A stretch of DNA of 64,000 nucleotides from Promethearchaeati archaeon (GTDB taxonomy: Archaea; Asgardarchaeota; Heimdallarchaeia; Heimdallarchaeales; Heimdallarchaeaceae): assembly GCA_013166775.1 (NCBI GenBank), contig JABLTJ010000002.1, forward strand, positions 128,001 through 192,000, written 5' to 3'. This document shows, one piece after another, positions 26,219-36,076 of the stretch; the stretch's first letter is position 1, and each line of letters starts with the position of its first letter. The translations under genes and the position numbers were made by a program. A model generated the notes under the pieces. It did no database searches and had not been told where the DNA came from. It saw only the letters and a list, made by a program, of their open reading frames with translations.

Positions 26219-27667
26219 ATGAGACCTAATATCAGTATTCTTGAAGATGATATCAAAGAAAAAGTCTTTGTTGAAGCAATGGAGATACTTGAAGAGATTG
26301 GATTCTTCGTAGAGAATCAAGAGGCTCTAGAGATTCTCCAAGAAGCAGGATTAAATGTTGATGTTGAAAAGAGGAGAGTTAAACTTCCTCCAGATTTAGT
26401 TAAGAAATCTTTACAATCCGCTCCATCGTCAATCACTCTTTTTGATAGAGAGGGTAAGGAAGTTACCAAGCTAGAAGGAGATAATATTTGTTTTGATCCA
26501 GGTTCAGCAGCGTTGAATGTTTTAGATCCAGAGACTAAGAAAATAAGAACAGCAGTAACCAAGGATTTTGTAGATTTTACAAAAGTAGTGGAACAACTAG
26601 AACATATTCAAGCTCAGAGTACTGCAATTATTTGTTCGGATGTTCCTGAAGAGGTGGGTGATAGATACCGTCTCTATCTTGCATTGATTTATTCCAAAAA
26701 ACCTATTGTTACTGGGACTTTTGCTAAAGAATCATTTGAAATTATGAAAGACATGCTTATTGCTGTCCGAGGAGATAAAAAGGAGTTAAGAAACAAACCT
26801 CTTGCAATTTTTGATGCATGTCCATCACCACCATTAAAATGGAGTGATTTAACTTGCCAAAGCATAATTGATTGTGCGAAATATGGAATACCTTCAGAAT
26901 TCGTATCAATGCCTATGACAGGTGCGAATGCTCCCGTAACATTACTAGGAGCAATTGTTCAACATGCAGCTGAGACTTTAGCCGGCTTAGTAATAACCCA
27001 ACTTGTATCCCCTGGAACTCCGGTCATCTGGGGAGGATCTCCCGCAGCTTTTGATATGAGAAAAGGGACTACTCCCATGGGATCAATAGATACTATGATG
27101 ATTGATTTGGGTTATGCTGAAATTGGCAAATATCTCAATCTTCCAACACATGCGTATCTTGGAATGTCAGATGCAAAAATACTAGACGCACAATCTGGTC
27201 TTGAATCAGGAATGGGAACCTTACTCGCAGGAATTAAAGGTATAAACATGATTTCAGGTGCAGGCATGATTGATTTTGAAACCACACAAAGCATCCAAAA
27301 AGTAATTATAGACAATGAAATTTGTGGAATGACTTACAAATTCATCAAAGGGATTATTCAACGCGATGAACCAATAGCAAAAAATCTGTTAATAGATTTA
27401 GAAGAAAGAACACATCTACTATCTCATGATCATACTCTAAAATGGTTTAGAGAAGAACAATATATTCCAAGTCAAGTGATAGATAGAGCTACAACTGAAG
27501 AATGGATAAATAAAGGAAGGAAAACAATAGGAGATAGAGCAAATGAACAAGTTAAGAAATTTCTTGATAAGTATCCAGGGGTTACACTTGACAAAGATAT
27601 TCTATCTGATATAAGTGAGATCATGAAATACAAAGGCAAAGATTTTAGAGAGAATTTAGATATATGA
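26219..27667 (+). CDS. Trimethylamine methyltransferase (MttB/MtgB) family, non-pyrrolysine
   Basis: SPPLKW, APVTLLGAIVQHAAETLAG, PGTPVIWGG, DMRKG, SDAKILDAQSGLE; no in-frame TAG. Confidence 0.92.
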   Translation: MRPNISILEDDIKEKVFVEAMEILEEIGFFVENQEALEILQEAGLNVDVEKRRVKLPPDLVKKSLQSAPSSITLFDREGKEVTKLEGDNICFDPGSAALNVLDPETKKIRTAVTKDFVDFTKVVEQLEHIQAQSTAIICSDVPEEVGDRYRLYLALIYSKKPIVTGTFAKESFEIMKDMLIAVRGDKKELRNKPLAIFDACPSPPLKWSDLTCQSIIDCAKYGIPSEFVSMPMTGANAPVTLLGAIVQHAAETLAGLVITQLVSPGTPVIWGGSPAAFDMRKGTTPMGSIDTMMIDLGYAEIGKYLNLPTHAYLGMSDAKILDAQSGLESGMGTLLAGIKGINMISGAGMIDFETTQSIQKVIIDNEICGMTYKFIKGIIQRDEPIAKNLLIDLEERTHLLSHDHTLKWFREEQYIPSQVIDRATTEEWINKGRKTIGDRANEQVKKFLDKYPGVTLDKDILSDISEIMKYKGKDFRENLDI

Positions 27668-27769
27668 GTAGCATGGTTTGAAAGCTTTCTAGCAGTAAAT
27701 CTATTTGAAATTCACAAGAATAAAGCTTATCTTTTTATACTTATTTGACAAGATATTTAGTTGATAATC

Positions 27770-27940
27770 ATGCCAGTTGGAGAATTTCGAGAGGATAAAT
27801 ATGAACTTGATGATCTTTCGTCAATCAATGTAGAGGGATTAGCATTATATGTGAATTTCATTGTACAGAAATTGGATGAGCTAATTGTAGCATTTAACGA
27901 GTTAGAAGCTAAAGTTCTAGGAATGGAAGTAAATAGATAG
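27770..27940 (+). CDS. Small helical/coiled-coil protein (56 aa), not in ORF track
   Basis: MPVGEFREDKYELDDLSSINVEGLALYVNFIVQKLDELIVAFNELEAKVLGMEVNR; TTTTTATA upstream; more protein-like than the antisense 27757-27945 ORF. Confidence 0.55.
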   Translation: MPVGEFREDKYELDDLSSINVEGLALYVNFIVQKLDELIVAFNELEAKVLGMEVNR

Positions 27941-27972
27941 TACAAAGAAACATATTAAGAGCGGGTGAGCAG

Positions 27973-29700
27973 ATGAATCTTCGATTTACCCAAAGAATGT
28001 CTATTCTAAATTATAGTTCATTGTTCATGAATTCGATTTCAATAATTTTTGGTTTCATCTATTTCTTTTTTCCTAATCGGACAACACTATGGATTTTCTT
28101 TGGTGCTTTTCTTCTTGTAACTCTTGTATTTAATTACACATATATATATCTCGCAGGAAGATATATCAACAAAGAATCTTCTTTTGGGAAGAAAATTAGC
28201 ATACTTAGTTATGTCTACCTGCTTTTTTCTCCCATAGCAGCACTTTTAATGAGTTTCGGGAATATGCTTGTATCTGTTACATATTCAAATAGACTAATTG
28301 ACAATATCGGTTCCTATTTGATGGTTTTTATTGGTTTTTTTGGCTTGTTTGTTTTATGTATGGTGATATCCATTATCATAGTTAACAATAGAAAGGACGA
28401 GAAAATATGGATAAAAACCAATCAACAAATTAAAGGTGAACAAATTCAAAACTGCAAACGGAAAAATCTAAGAATCACTTCGATTATCATTAGTCTATTA
28501 TTTCTAGGACTAGGTATTTTGACTTCTCTTTCTATGATTATAGGAGGAACAAATTCGATGTTAGGTCTTCTTGGAATTGGGGTAGCTCATTTAAGTTTAA
28601 CTTGGTTCATCATTTTTGCAAGTATGTCAGCTTTATTACTTAGAAGCATCGGAAAAGCAAATTCTATTCAATTCTATGCAGCTATGATCCTTGGGTTGAT
28701 GGTCACATCAGTCAGTTTATTTCCTTCCATAGCAATACCAAGCACAGTTAATCAAAACAAACAGAATTTTGATGAAGCTTTTAATCCCGTTTTTGGGGGG
28801 AACTGGGAAACAACTATTCCGTTAGAAATTGAAAAATTCTTTCTCAAAAAGCCTTATCATATAACGCAGTATTTCTTAGGAACTAAGCCTAAAGATTGTA
28901 CTATAATTAGAGACGTACTCTATTTCAATGGTTCTGAAAGCAGCTTTGAAGTTGACAAAAATATCCTATTGCATTTTGATGCATATCTTCCCACTAATGG
29001 AGGTTCAGGTCTTCCAGGTGAAAATTCTATCTTAATAAGAATCCACGGTGGAGGATGGTCTTTTAGTGATAAAGGGTTAACCAACATGATGCAAATGAAT
29101 AAGTATTTTGCTGCTGAAGGATATGCAGTTTTTGATATTCAATATGGATTATTTGATAGTAGAGGGTCAAATCCATTTACTCCTGAATATGTAAAAGGAG
29201 ATTTCACAAAGGAGGATTTAATCAGGCATATAGGTAATTTCACTTATTTCTTAGCTTCTCATGCATCAGACTATAATGCAAATCTAGATTCAGTTTTTGT
29301 TTCAGGAGGTTCAGCAGGTGGTCAATTAGCTTGTGCAACTGCATTGGGATTAGATAGTGGTGTATATTCCGACATCTTTAGTCCAGCATTAAATATTAGA
29401 GGATTAGTTCCTTATTATCCTGCAAACCGAATGCATGATGAGATAAATGTTTTTCAGAATCCTGCATTGCTAGTGGAAACGGATAGTCCGCCTTGCTTAA
29501 TTTTCCAAGGCAAGCAAGATGGATTAGTAGAACCAGAAATCTCTGAAGATTTACTAAATTCATATTTATCAGTAGGAAATACTAATTGCGCATTATTGTA
29601 TATGCCTTTCGCTGGCCATGCAAATGATTTCTTTTTTACTAGTAATTATAATCAAATCTTTCTATATTTCATGGAGAGATTCATGTATCTTTTTCACTAA
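27973..29700 (+). CDS. Multi-TM membrane-anchored esterase/lipase (alpha/beta hydrolase, HSL-like)
   Basis: About 7 N-terminal TMs; IHGGGW, GGSAGG, QGKQDGLV, AGHAND. Confidence 0.88.
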   Translation: MNLRFTQRMSILNYSSLFMNSISIIFGFIYFFFPNRTTLWIFFGAFLLVTLVFNYTYIYLAGRYINKESSFGKKISILSYVYLLFSPIAALLMSFGNMLVSVTYSNRLIDNIGSYLMVFIGFFGLFVLCMVISIIIVNNRKDEKIWIKTNQQIKGEQIQNCKRKNLRITSIIISLLFLGLGILTSLSMIIGGTNSMLGLLGIGVAHLSLTWFIIFASMSALLLRSIGKANSIQFYAAMILGLMVTSVSLFPSIAIPSTVNQNKQNFDEAFNPVFGGNWETTIPLEIEKFFLKKPYHITQYFLGTKPKDCTIIRDVLYFNGSESSFEVDKNILLHFDAYLPTNGGSGLPGENSILIRIHGGGWSFSDKGLTNMMQMNKYFAAEGYAVFDIQYGLFDSRGSNPFTPEYVKGDFTKEDLIRHIGNFTYFLASHASDYNANLDSVFVSGGSAGGQLACATALGLDSGVYSDIFSPALNIRGLVPYYPANRMHDEINVFQNPALLVETDSPPCLIFQGKQDGLVEPEISEDLLNSYLSVGNTNCALLYMPFAGHANDFFFTSNYNQIFLYFMERFMYLFH

Positions 29701-29879
29701 CTAGAAATTGAAAGATAGTTTTAAACGCTTGAGACTCTATGGTGGGAGATAGCGATGGTATTTCAGAATAAATACATAAAAACAGGTTGAAAGTTTTTCA
29801 GCTTACCTTCAATATATTATTCTTAAAAAATCAAATCCACTATTAATAATATCATATTTCTATAAAAGAAGAGGAAAAT

Positions 29880-31697
29880 CTAAACTAATTTAGCGGCATG
29901 TTCTACATAATCCAATGATTGGTGTCTGAAGTACATATCATAGAGCTGCCAATATTTTCCCTTGCGTTTCATGAGTTCTTGATGTGTTCCTTCCTCTTGT
30001 ATTTTAGCTTCGTCAATTAGTATGATTCTGTCAGCATTTTCTACAGTTGTTAATCTGTGAGCAATAATTATAGCTGTTCTTCCTTTAAGTAAAACTTTGA
30101 GACCTTCTTGAATAAGAGATTCAGTATATGCATCTATTGCACTTGTTGCTTCATCGAGAATAAGGATCTTTGGATCAGATAGAAGAGCTCGAGCAAAAGC
30201 AACCAGCTGTTTTTGTCCTTCGGATAATTTGGTACCTTTTTCGCCTACTTCAGTATCCAGACCTTGAGGAAGAGTACTGATAAATTCTGATGCATAAACA
30301 GCATTAGCTGCTTCAAGAATCTCTTCTCTTGTTGCATCGAGTTTTCCATATCTAATGTTGTCTTCAATTGTACCAGAGAATAGAATGTTGTCTTGTAAAA
30401 CTATACCGATATGATTTCTGTATTCATCGAGTTTTAATTTTCGTATATCTTCCCCATCAATTGAGATTTTTCCATCTTTCACATCATAAAATCTTGTTAA
30501 TAAGGATACTAATGTAGTTTTACCACCACCAGTTTTTCCAACGATTGCACATGTTTCACCAGCGGGTATAGTAAGATCGAAATCTTTGTACAAAGGTTCA
30601 TTCGGAAGATAAAAGAATGTCATATTATTGAAATCTATTCTTCCTTCAATTTTCTCAACAGGTATAGGTTCTGAATCTTCTTTGACTTGCGGTTCACTAT
30701 CCATTAAACTGAAAATTCTTTCGACTGCTGCTAATCCTGCTTCAAATTGATTAAAGAACTGAGTTATCTGCATAAGAGGGAAGAAGAAGCGATTGAGCAT
30801 TAAGATGAAGAATATTAACGTAGCAATATCTATTCTAGCGGTAACCAGGGTCCAGTACCCTCCATAATAAAGTATAAGAAAAGTTCCTATCCCAAAGAGC
30901 ATCTCCACGAATGGAAAATAAATACTGATTCCTACGGCCCTATTCAATGCTGCTCTATAATTATTCATATTTATCTCTTTGAATCTAGTAAAACCTTCTT
31001 TCTCTTGACTAAAAGATTTTGTTACTTCAATTCCAGAAATAGATTCAGCAACATTAGCGTTGAGTATTGCTATAGTTTTCCTCCATTTCTTTGATGTGGA
31101 ACGTGCTACTAATCTTGCACCCATAGCTACTGCAAAAAGAGGAGGAAGAACAGATATTGCGATTAGCGCTAGGATAGAATCAGTGACTAATAGAAGTACT
31201 AGAATGACTATCATAACTAAAATGTTAATCAGAAATGATGTAGTAATTTGAACCATATTCCCTATGGTATCTGTATCAGAGGTTACTCTACTAACTAGCT
31301 TTCCACTCTTATTTTCATCATAAAAAGCCATGTCTTGAAGAAGTAGAGTATCATAACAATCCTTTCGAACTTCTCTCAACATGTTACCAGATAATGTTGC
31401 TAGTAAATACATACTTCGATATTGCCCTAACCAATTAATAGCATAGAATAAAGCTACACAGGAAGATAAGAGATAAATAAGATAATCAATTCTACCAGCT
31501 TCTACTAGTTCAATAACGAATTTAATGAGATAGGGAATACCTACATTTGAACTTGTAGTAACAAACAACCATAGAATTAGTTTTGTGAAAGTTGGGAGAT
31601 CCTTTTGGCCCATATATGTAAATAATCTCTTAAACAAATAGAGATCACCATATTTTCTGTCATATTTCTCGTCTGGTATATCATCTATGAAACCCAT
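29880..31697 (-). CDS. ABC exporter half-transporter (TMD+NBD), consensus Walker B subunit
   Basis: GKTGGGKT, LSEGQ, ILILDEATS, IAHRL; start ATG 31697. Confidence 0.93.
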   Translation of the reverse strand: MGFIDDIPDEKYDRKYGDLYLFKRLFTYMGQKDLPTFTKLILWLFVTTSSNVGIPYLIKFVIELVEAGRIDYLIYLLSSCVALFYAINWLGQYRSMYLLATLSGNMLREVRKDCYDTLLLQDMAFYDENKSGKLVSRVTSDTDTIGNMVQITTSFLINILVMIVILVLLLVTDSILALIAISVLPPLFAVAMGARLVARSTSKKWRKTIAILNANVAESISGIEVTKSFSQEKEGFTRFKEINMNNYRAALNRAVGISIYFPFVEMLFGIGTFLILYYGGYWTLVTARIDIATLIFFILMLNRFFFPLMQITQFFNQFEAGLAAVERIFSLMDSEPQVKEDSEPIPVEKIEGRIDFNNMTFFYLPNEPLYKDFDLTIPAGETCAIVGKTGGGKTTLVSLLTRFYDVKDGKISIDGEDIRKLKLDEYRNHIGIVLQDNILFSGTIEDNIRYGKLDATREEILEAANAVYASEFISTLPQGLDTEVGEKGTKLSEGQKQLVAFARALLSDPKILILDEATSAIDAYTESLIQEGLKVLLKGRTAIIIAHRLTTVENADRIILIDEAKIQEEGTHQELMKRKGKYWQLYDMYFRHQSLDYVEHAAKLV

Positions 31698-31698
31698 T

Positions 31699-33543
31699 CT
31701 AATCCCCCATTCCTTCCATTGGTTTTTCGAATCTTTCTCGAATTTCTGAGAACCTTGCAAAAACTCTCCAGTAATCGATTGAAGTTTTTAGCAATTCTTC
31801 GTGTTTTCCTTTGGCAATTATAGCGCCTTGTTTCATTACAATTATGATATCAGAATGTCTGATTGTACTCAATCTATGAGTTATCACAAAACTTGTTCTG
31901 TTTTGTAAAACTCTATTTATAGCAGTTTGAATATCATCTTCGGTTTCACTATCTACACTAGAAGTTGCATCGTCGAATACTAAAACCTCAGGATTTGATA
32001 AAATCATTCTAGCAATTGCTATTCTTTGTTTTTGCCCTCCTGAAAGAGTCATACCTCTCTCACCTACAACTGTATCATATTGTTTATCAAAGTTCATTAT
32101 AAAATCATGAGCTTGAGCCATCTTAGCTGCTTCAATAATCTCCTCATCTTTAGCTTCTGGATTACCATAAGAAATATTCTGCTTAACAGATCCAGAGAAA
32201 AGTACTACGTCTTGTTCAATGACTCCAATGCTTTTTCTTATTCGTTCTAATGTTAATTCTTTGGTATCTTCCCCATCTAAGAGAATTTGACCATTATCAA
32301 CATCATATAATCGTGTAAGCAATTTCATAACTGTAGTTTTTCCTGAGCCAGCAGGTCCTACAATTGCCACCCGGTTTCCAGCAGAAATACTAAAGGATAC
32401 ATTGTTAACAACTTTAGTTTTACCATCATAAGAAAAGTTAACATTCTTAAAATCAATATTACCTCGGATTTTGTCTAACTCTTTTGGATTGCTTGCTACT
32501 GGAAGTACTGTTTGTTTTGCGAGAATACTTGTAATCCTTTTTGCTCCAGCTATTCCCATTTGAGTAAGAACTAAACTCCATGATAAAACCCAAACTGGAA
32601 AGAAGAAATTTGAGATCAGCATTACATAGGAGAACAATTGACCAATATTGAATATCCCTGCTTGAATTAGTATGACACCATAAACTATTGAGAAACCAAC
32701 ACTAATTCCCACAATTAGTGCAGGAAAGTATCTTGATCTTAACCGCCCTCGTGTGATAATTTGATTAGATAAAGTATCATTTTTCTCTCTAAATAGATAT
32801 CTTTCATGTTCATCTCTTGCGAAAGTCTTAACAACACTTATTCCTAGTAGTTTTTCTTGAAGATATGAAGATAAACTAGAATAAGACTCTTGTATTTCCA
32901 TTGAAATTGGCCCAACAGATTTGAAAAATCTTCTAGCTAGAAAGAATATTGGAAGTGCTATGGCTACTGGGATAAGAAGTAGAACAGGAATGCCTTTCCA
33001 GAAGGGATCAATAAGAAGCATACCTCCCATAGCAAAGAGGATTTGAATGAATGCTAGATATAACAAATGCATACATGGATTTATAAGAAAATTTACCATT
33101 CTTGTATCGAATGTAGCCCTTGCCATTACGTCTCCAGCTTTGACAGTATCATGGAACGTCATGCTTTTTGATAGCATTGAAGCATAATACTCATCTCTGA
33201 TATCTCGTTCAACTTTTTGAGATGCAACCTCTATAACTATACTATTTGCAAATCCAACTAATCCATTGATAATTGTTAAACCAAGAATTATGAAAGCAAA
33301 GAATCTAACTTGACTCCAATTTGATGCAATTATTTCATTCACTAAATTATTTCCCATAAGAATAGGGTTTATAGTACTGATAGCAGTTGATGCTGTAGAT
33401 AGGATGATGAAAGCAACTAATAGACCTTTATATGCCGTTATATGACTTAGAATCCATCTGAAATGACTTCTTTTATCATATTTTGCCATAATTGGATCAA
33501 AGAATTCTCCGGAGTTAATTCCAGGATCAGTACTTGTGACCAT
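31699..33543 (-). CDS. ABC exporter half-transporter (TMD+NBD), degenerate Walker B subunit; heterodimer partner
   Basis: GPAGSGKT, LSGGQ, VFDDATS; asymmetric heterodimeric exporter pattern. Confidence 0.93.
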   Translation of the reverse strand: MVTSTDPGINSGEFFDPIMAKYDKRSHFRWILSHITAYKGLLVAFIILSTASTAISTINPILMGNNLVNEIIASNWSQVRFFAFIILGLTIINGLVGFANSIVIEVASQKVERDIRDEYYASMLSKSMTFHDTVKAGDVMARATFDTRMVNFLINPCMHLLYLAFIQILFAMGGMLLIDPFWKGIPVLLLIPVAIALPIFFLARRFFKSVGPISMEIQESYSSLSSYLQEKLLGISVVKTFARDEHERYLFREKNDTLSNQIITRGRLRSRYFPALIVGISVGFSIVYGVILIQAGIFNIGQLFSYVMLISNFFFPVWVLSWSLVLTQMGIAGAKRITSILAKQTVLPVASNPKELDKIRGNIDFKNVNFSYDGKTKVVNNVSFSISAGNRVAIVGPAGSGKTTVMKLLTRLYDVDNGQILLDGEDTKELTLERIRKSIGVIEQDVVLFSGSVKQNISYGNPEAKDEEIIEAAKMAQAHDFIMNFDKQYDTVVGERGMTLSGGQKQRIAIARMILSNPEVLVFDDATSSVDSETEDDIQTAINRVLQNRTSFVITHRLSTIRHSDIIIVMKQGAIIAKGKHEELLKTSIDYWRVFARFSEIRERFEKPMEGMGD

Positions 33544-33704
33544 ATTCTATTCAATTCCTATCAATTATATTATCGTTGATTATATAAACTGTAAATGGTT
33601 TCTGTCTGAAATCTTATTCGATTTTTAAATATAACATTATTAACTTTATCTTCTTGTAGTTAGATAGATTTGATTATTTAAGTTAAATTCTTAAGTTAGG
33701 TTTT

Positions 33705-34712
33705 CTATAAATCAATCCAGATCTCGATTATACCATAAATCATCTGAGAGCTGGTTAAAGATGACCCAACTATTCTTAAGGGAGCTTCATTACTTTCTAA
33801 GAAAACAGAATTTCTTTTCGCAGTTAGGATATAGCTATTGTTTCTTGCAATATCATAACTATCTAGAATAATTTGCTCTTCATTGTTCTTCAGAATAATA
33901 TCATATCCTTGAAATGCTAAAGTATCATTGAAAGTGTAATGAGTACTATCTTCCAACTCTCCATCTATGAGTGAGATTATTATCCATAGAGGGATTCCTT
34001 GATAGGTATTATTGCGTGTCCCTTCCTGTAAAACGAAAAATATACTATGATTTTCTTCACCAGAACACAAAGCTGCTTCAAATGATGAACGATCAATACT
34101 ATCATTTGTTAAACCATAAAGATAGACGGACCACATGTTTACAACTTCTCTAATTTCCACTGTTTGAACTTTCTTTGCCCAGAGATTTCCATCTGTTAAA
34201 TATCCTTCTTCTGAAATGAACGCTATCCTTAATGGACCATCGTCACTTGGTATATTTGAACCAGCTACTTCATAAGCAAGCAATATTTGAAATTTTTTTA
34301 TACCTTGATTATCCCCTGTTTCATTATCATATGCAACAACATTTCCGCTTATCATTTGTGAAGTGTAAGTAACAGTCCATCCATCACTTGCTATTGCTTT
34401 TAGATCCTCATCTGAGGATATTCCTCCTACTTCATCTAATAATACATCCAGGGATACTCCTTCATACAGAGAAGATCCCACTATTGTTCCAGTAGCCTTC
34501 TTGTACCCACCATAACCTTCTACAGATTCTAACTCCATCAATTCAGTCATAGTATATTTTTTTGTAGTTATTGCACTCTGAATTGTGAAAATTATATCAG
34601 TGTCTCCTGTTTGTTTCTCATGAAAAACTCCAAAGTAAACTCCAATGATTGTTCCTGAAATAAGCACTACAAAAATAGAACCAATAAAAACAGTCCTCTG
34701 TTTATTTATCAT
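33705..34712 (-). CDS. Membrane-anchored protein with two molybdopterin-oxidoreductase-like (Oxidored_molyb) domains
   Basis: N-terminal TM; repeated YEGVSL/YQGIPL, ASDGW, ILLAY/ILTAK, GPLRI/APLRI motifs. Confidence 0.7.
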   Translation of the reverse strand: MINKQRTVFIGSIFVVLISGTIIGVYFGVFHEKQTGDTDIIFTIQSAITTKKYTMTELMELESVEGYGGYKKATGTIVGSSLYEGVSLDVLLDEVGGISSDEDLKAIASDGWTVTYTSQMISGNVVAYDNETGDNQGIKKFQILLAYEVAGSNIPSDDGPLRIAFISEEGYLTDGNLWAKKVQTVEIREVVNMWSVYLYGLTNDSIDRSSFEAALCSGEENHSIFFVLQEGTRNNTYQGIPLWIIISLIDGELEDSTHYTFNDTLAFQGYDIILKNNEEQIILDSYDIARNNSYILTAKRNSVFLESNEAPLRIVGSSLTSSQMIYGIIEIWIDL

Positions 34713-34827
34713 TGTTAGGTCATCAATCTAAGTTTGATATAAGTATTTTTAATGAACTATTAAAAACTAATCTCAAGCGTTCAATCCAAAATACATAAGA
34801 AGATGATTTTCTTATTAGGTGCATCCA

Positions 34828-36072
34828 ATGGTTTCTAAGTATCTCAAAATTACTCTTATAGCCGTATTAGTAATTGGAATAGTAGTACCTATTTTCTTCT
34901 TAAGTTTCTATAACAGATCAGATGAATCTGAAATAGAAATTTGGTATACCTATGAAGGTATTGATGTAATTAAGGAGAGAGTTTTAGAATACGAGAATCT
35001 TAATCCTAGAGTAAAAATCATTCTTCAAGAACAACCATCCTCGGGATGGTTGGATAAATTTATCAGTGTAGCGCAAACGGGAGAATCTCCAGATATCTTT
35101 CTTGCAAAGGGTTCGTGGTTCGGTGAATTAGCTGGTTTGGGATATATTCTACCCTTAACTCCATTTCTAACACCACAAAAAGAAGCGGAGTTCCTTCCAT
35201 CTGCAATAGATGGACTTAGTTATGAGAATGAACTTTGGGGATTACCTCTCTGGTATGATTCTATTTTACTATTCTATAATAAGGGTTTATTTGACCAGGC
35301 AGGGCTTTCTTATCCAAACTCTAATTGGACAGATATTGATTTGATATATGCAGCAGTTCAGTTAACAGACAGATCAGAAAACCAGATTTATGGCTTGGTG
35401 TGGAGCACTTTATCTCCTTATATGTGGCCTTCTTTTCAATATGGGTTTGATCATGGATCTCTTTATCAAAATGGTCAGATTGTTGTAAATGATACAGCTT
35501 CAGTCAATGCTATGGAATTCATTTACGATTTGAAATATTTTCATAGATGTGTAGACTATGATGATAGTAGTAATTCTGCTACTCAAGCATTTATAGCACA
35601 CAAAGGAGCTATGTTAATTTATGGTGGATGGTATACTCCTACTCTAGATACATTAGATATAAACTATGGTTTGGAAGTACTCCCAATTATCTCTTCTACG
35701 AATAAAAGGATAACCCCAATGGTTGAAATCAAAGGGTGGGGGATTTCAAAAGATGCTAAAAATTCAAGTTTATGCTACGAAATAATATCTTTTCTTACTG
35801 CAAAAGAAACTCAAGAAGACTTAATCCAATTTGAATACAAGGTACCAACACTGTTTGAATTGATAAATTCCCCTTCTGTTGCAGATAATACAGTGATAAA
35901 AACTCAGATTAATCAGATTGAGTTCAGTCAGTATTATCCTTTAGATCCAATATATAATTTTTATAGTGATTATATGAGAGCAGCTTTACAGTTTATTTTA
36001 TACGATCATCAAGATATTCAAGCAGCTTTGGATGAAGCTCAAGCTGGAATAAATGCTAATACTAGAAGTTGA
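34828..36072 (+). CDS. Sugar ABC transporter substrate-binding protein
   Basis: N-terminal anchor; PDIF, LWGLP, LFYNKGLFDQAGL, AMLIYGGW. Confidence 0.9.
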   Translation: MVSKYLKITLIAVLVIGIVVPIFFLSFYNRSDESEIEIWYTYEGIDVIKERVLEYENLNPRVKIILQEQPSSGWLDKFISVAQTGESPDIFLAKGSWFGELAGLGYILPLTPFLTPQKEAEFLPSAIDGLSYENELWGLPLWYDSILLFYNKGLFDQAGLSYPNSNWTDIDLIYAAVQLTDRSENQIYGLVWSTLSPYMWPSFQYGFDHGSLYQNGQIVVNDTASVNAMEFIYDLKYFHRCVDYDDSSNSATQAFIAHKGAMLIYGGWYTPTLDTLDINYGLEVLPIISSTNKRITPMVEIKGWGISKDAKNSSLCYEIISFLTAKETQEDLIQFEYKVPTLFELINSPSVADNTVIKTQINQIEFSQYYPLDPIYNFYSDYMRAALQFILYDHQDIQAALDEAQAGINANTRS

Positions 36073-36076
36073 TTTT

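Noticed and set aside
26219-27667. Pyrrolysine-containing MttB
   Set aside because: No in-frame TAG; the ORF is full length.
27757-27945. 62-aa minus-strand ORF
   Set aside because: Antisense shadow of the more plausible plus-strand 56-aa ORF.
29745-29810. Fluoride riboswitch-like GCGATGG start
   Set aside because: No P1 complement or pseudoknot partner, and no downstream gene on that strand.
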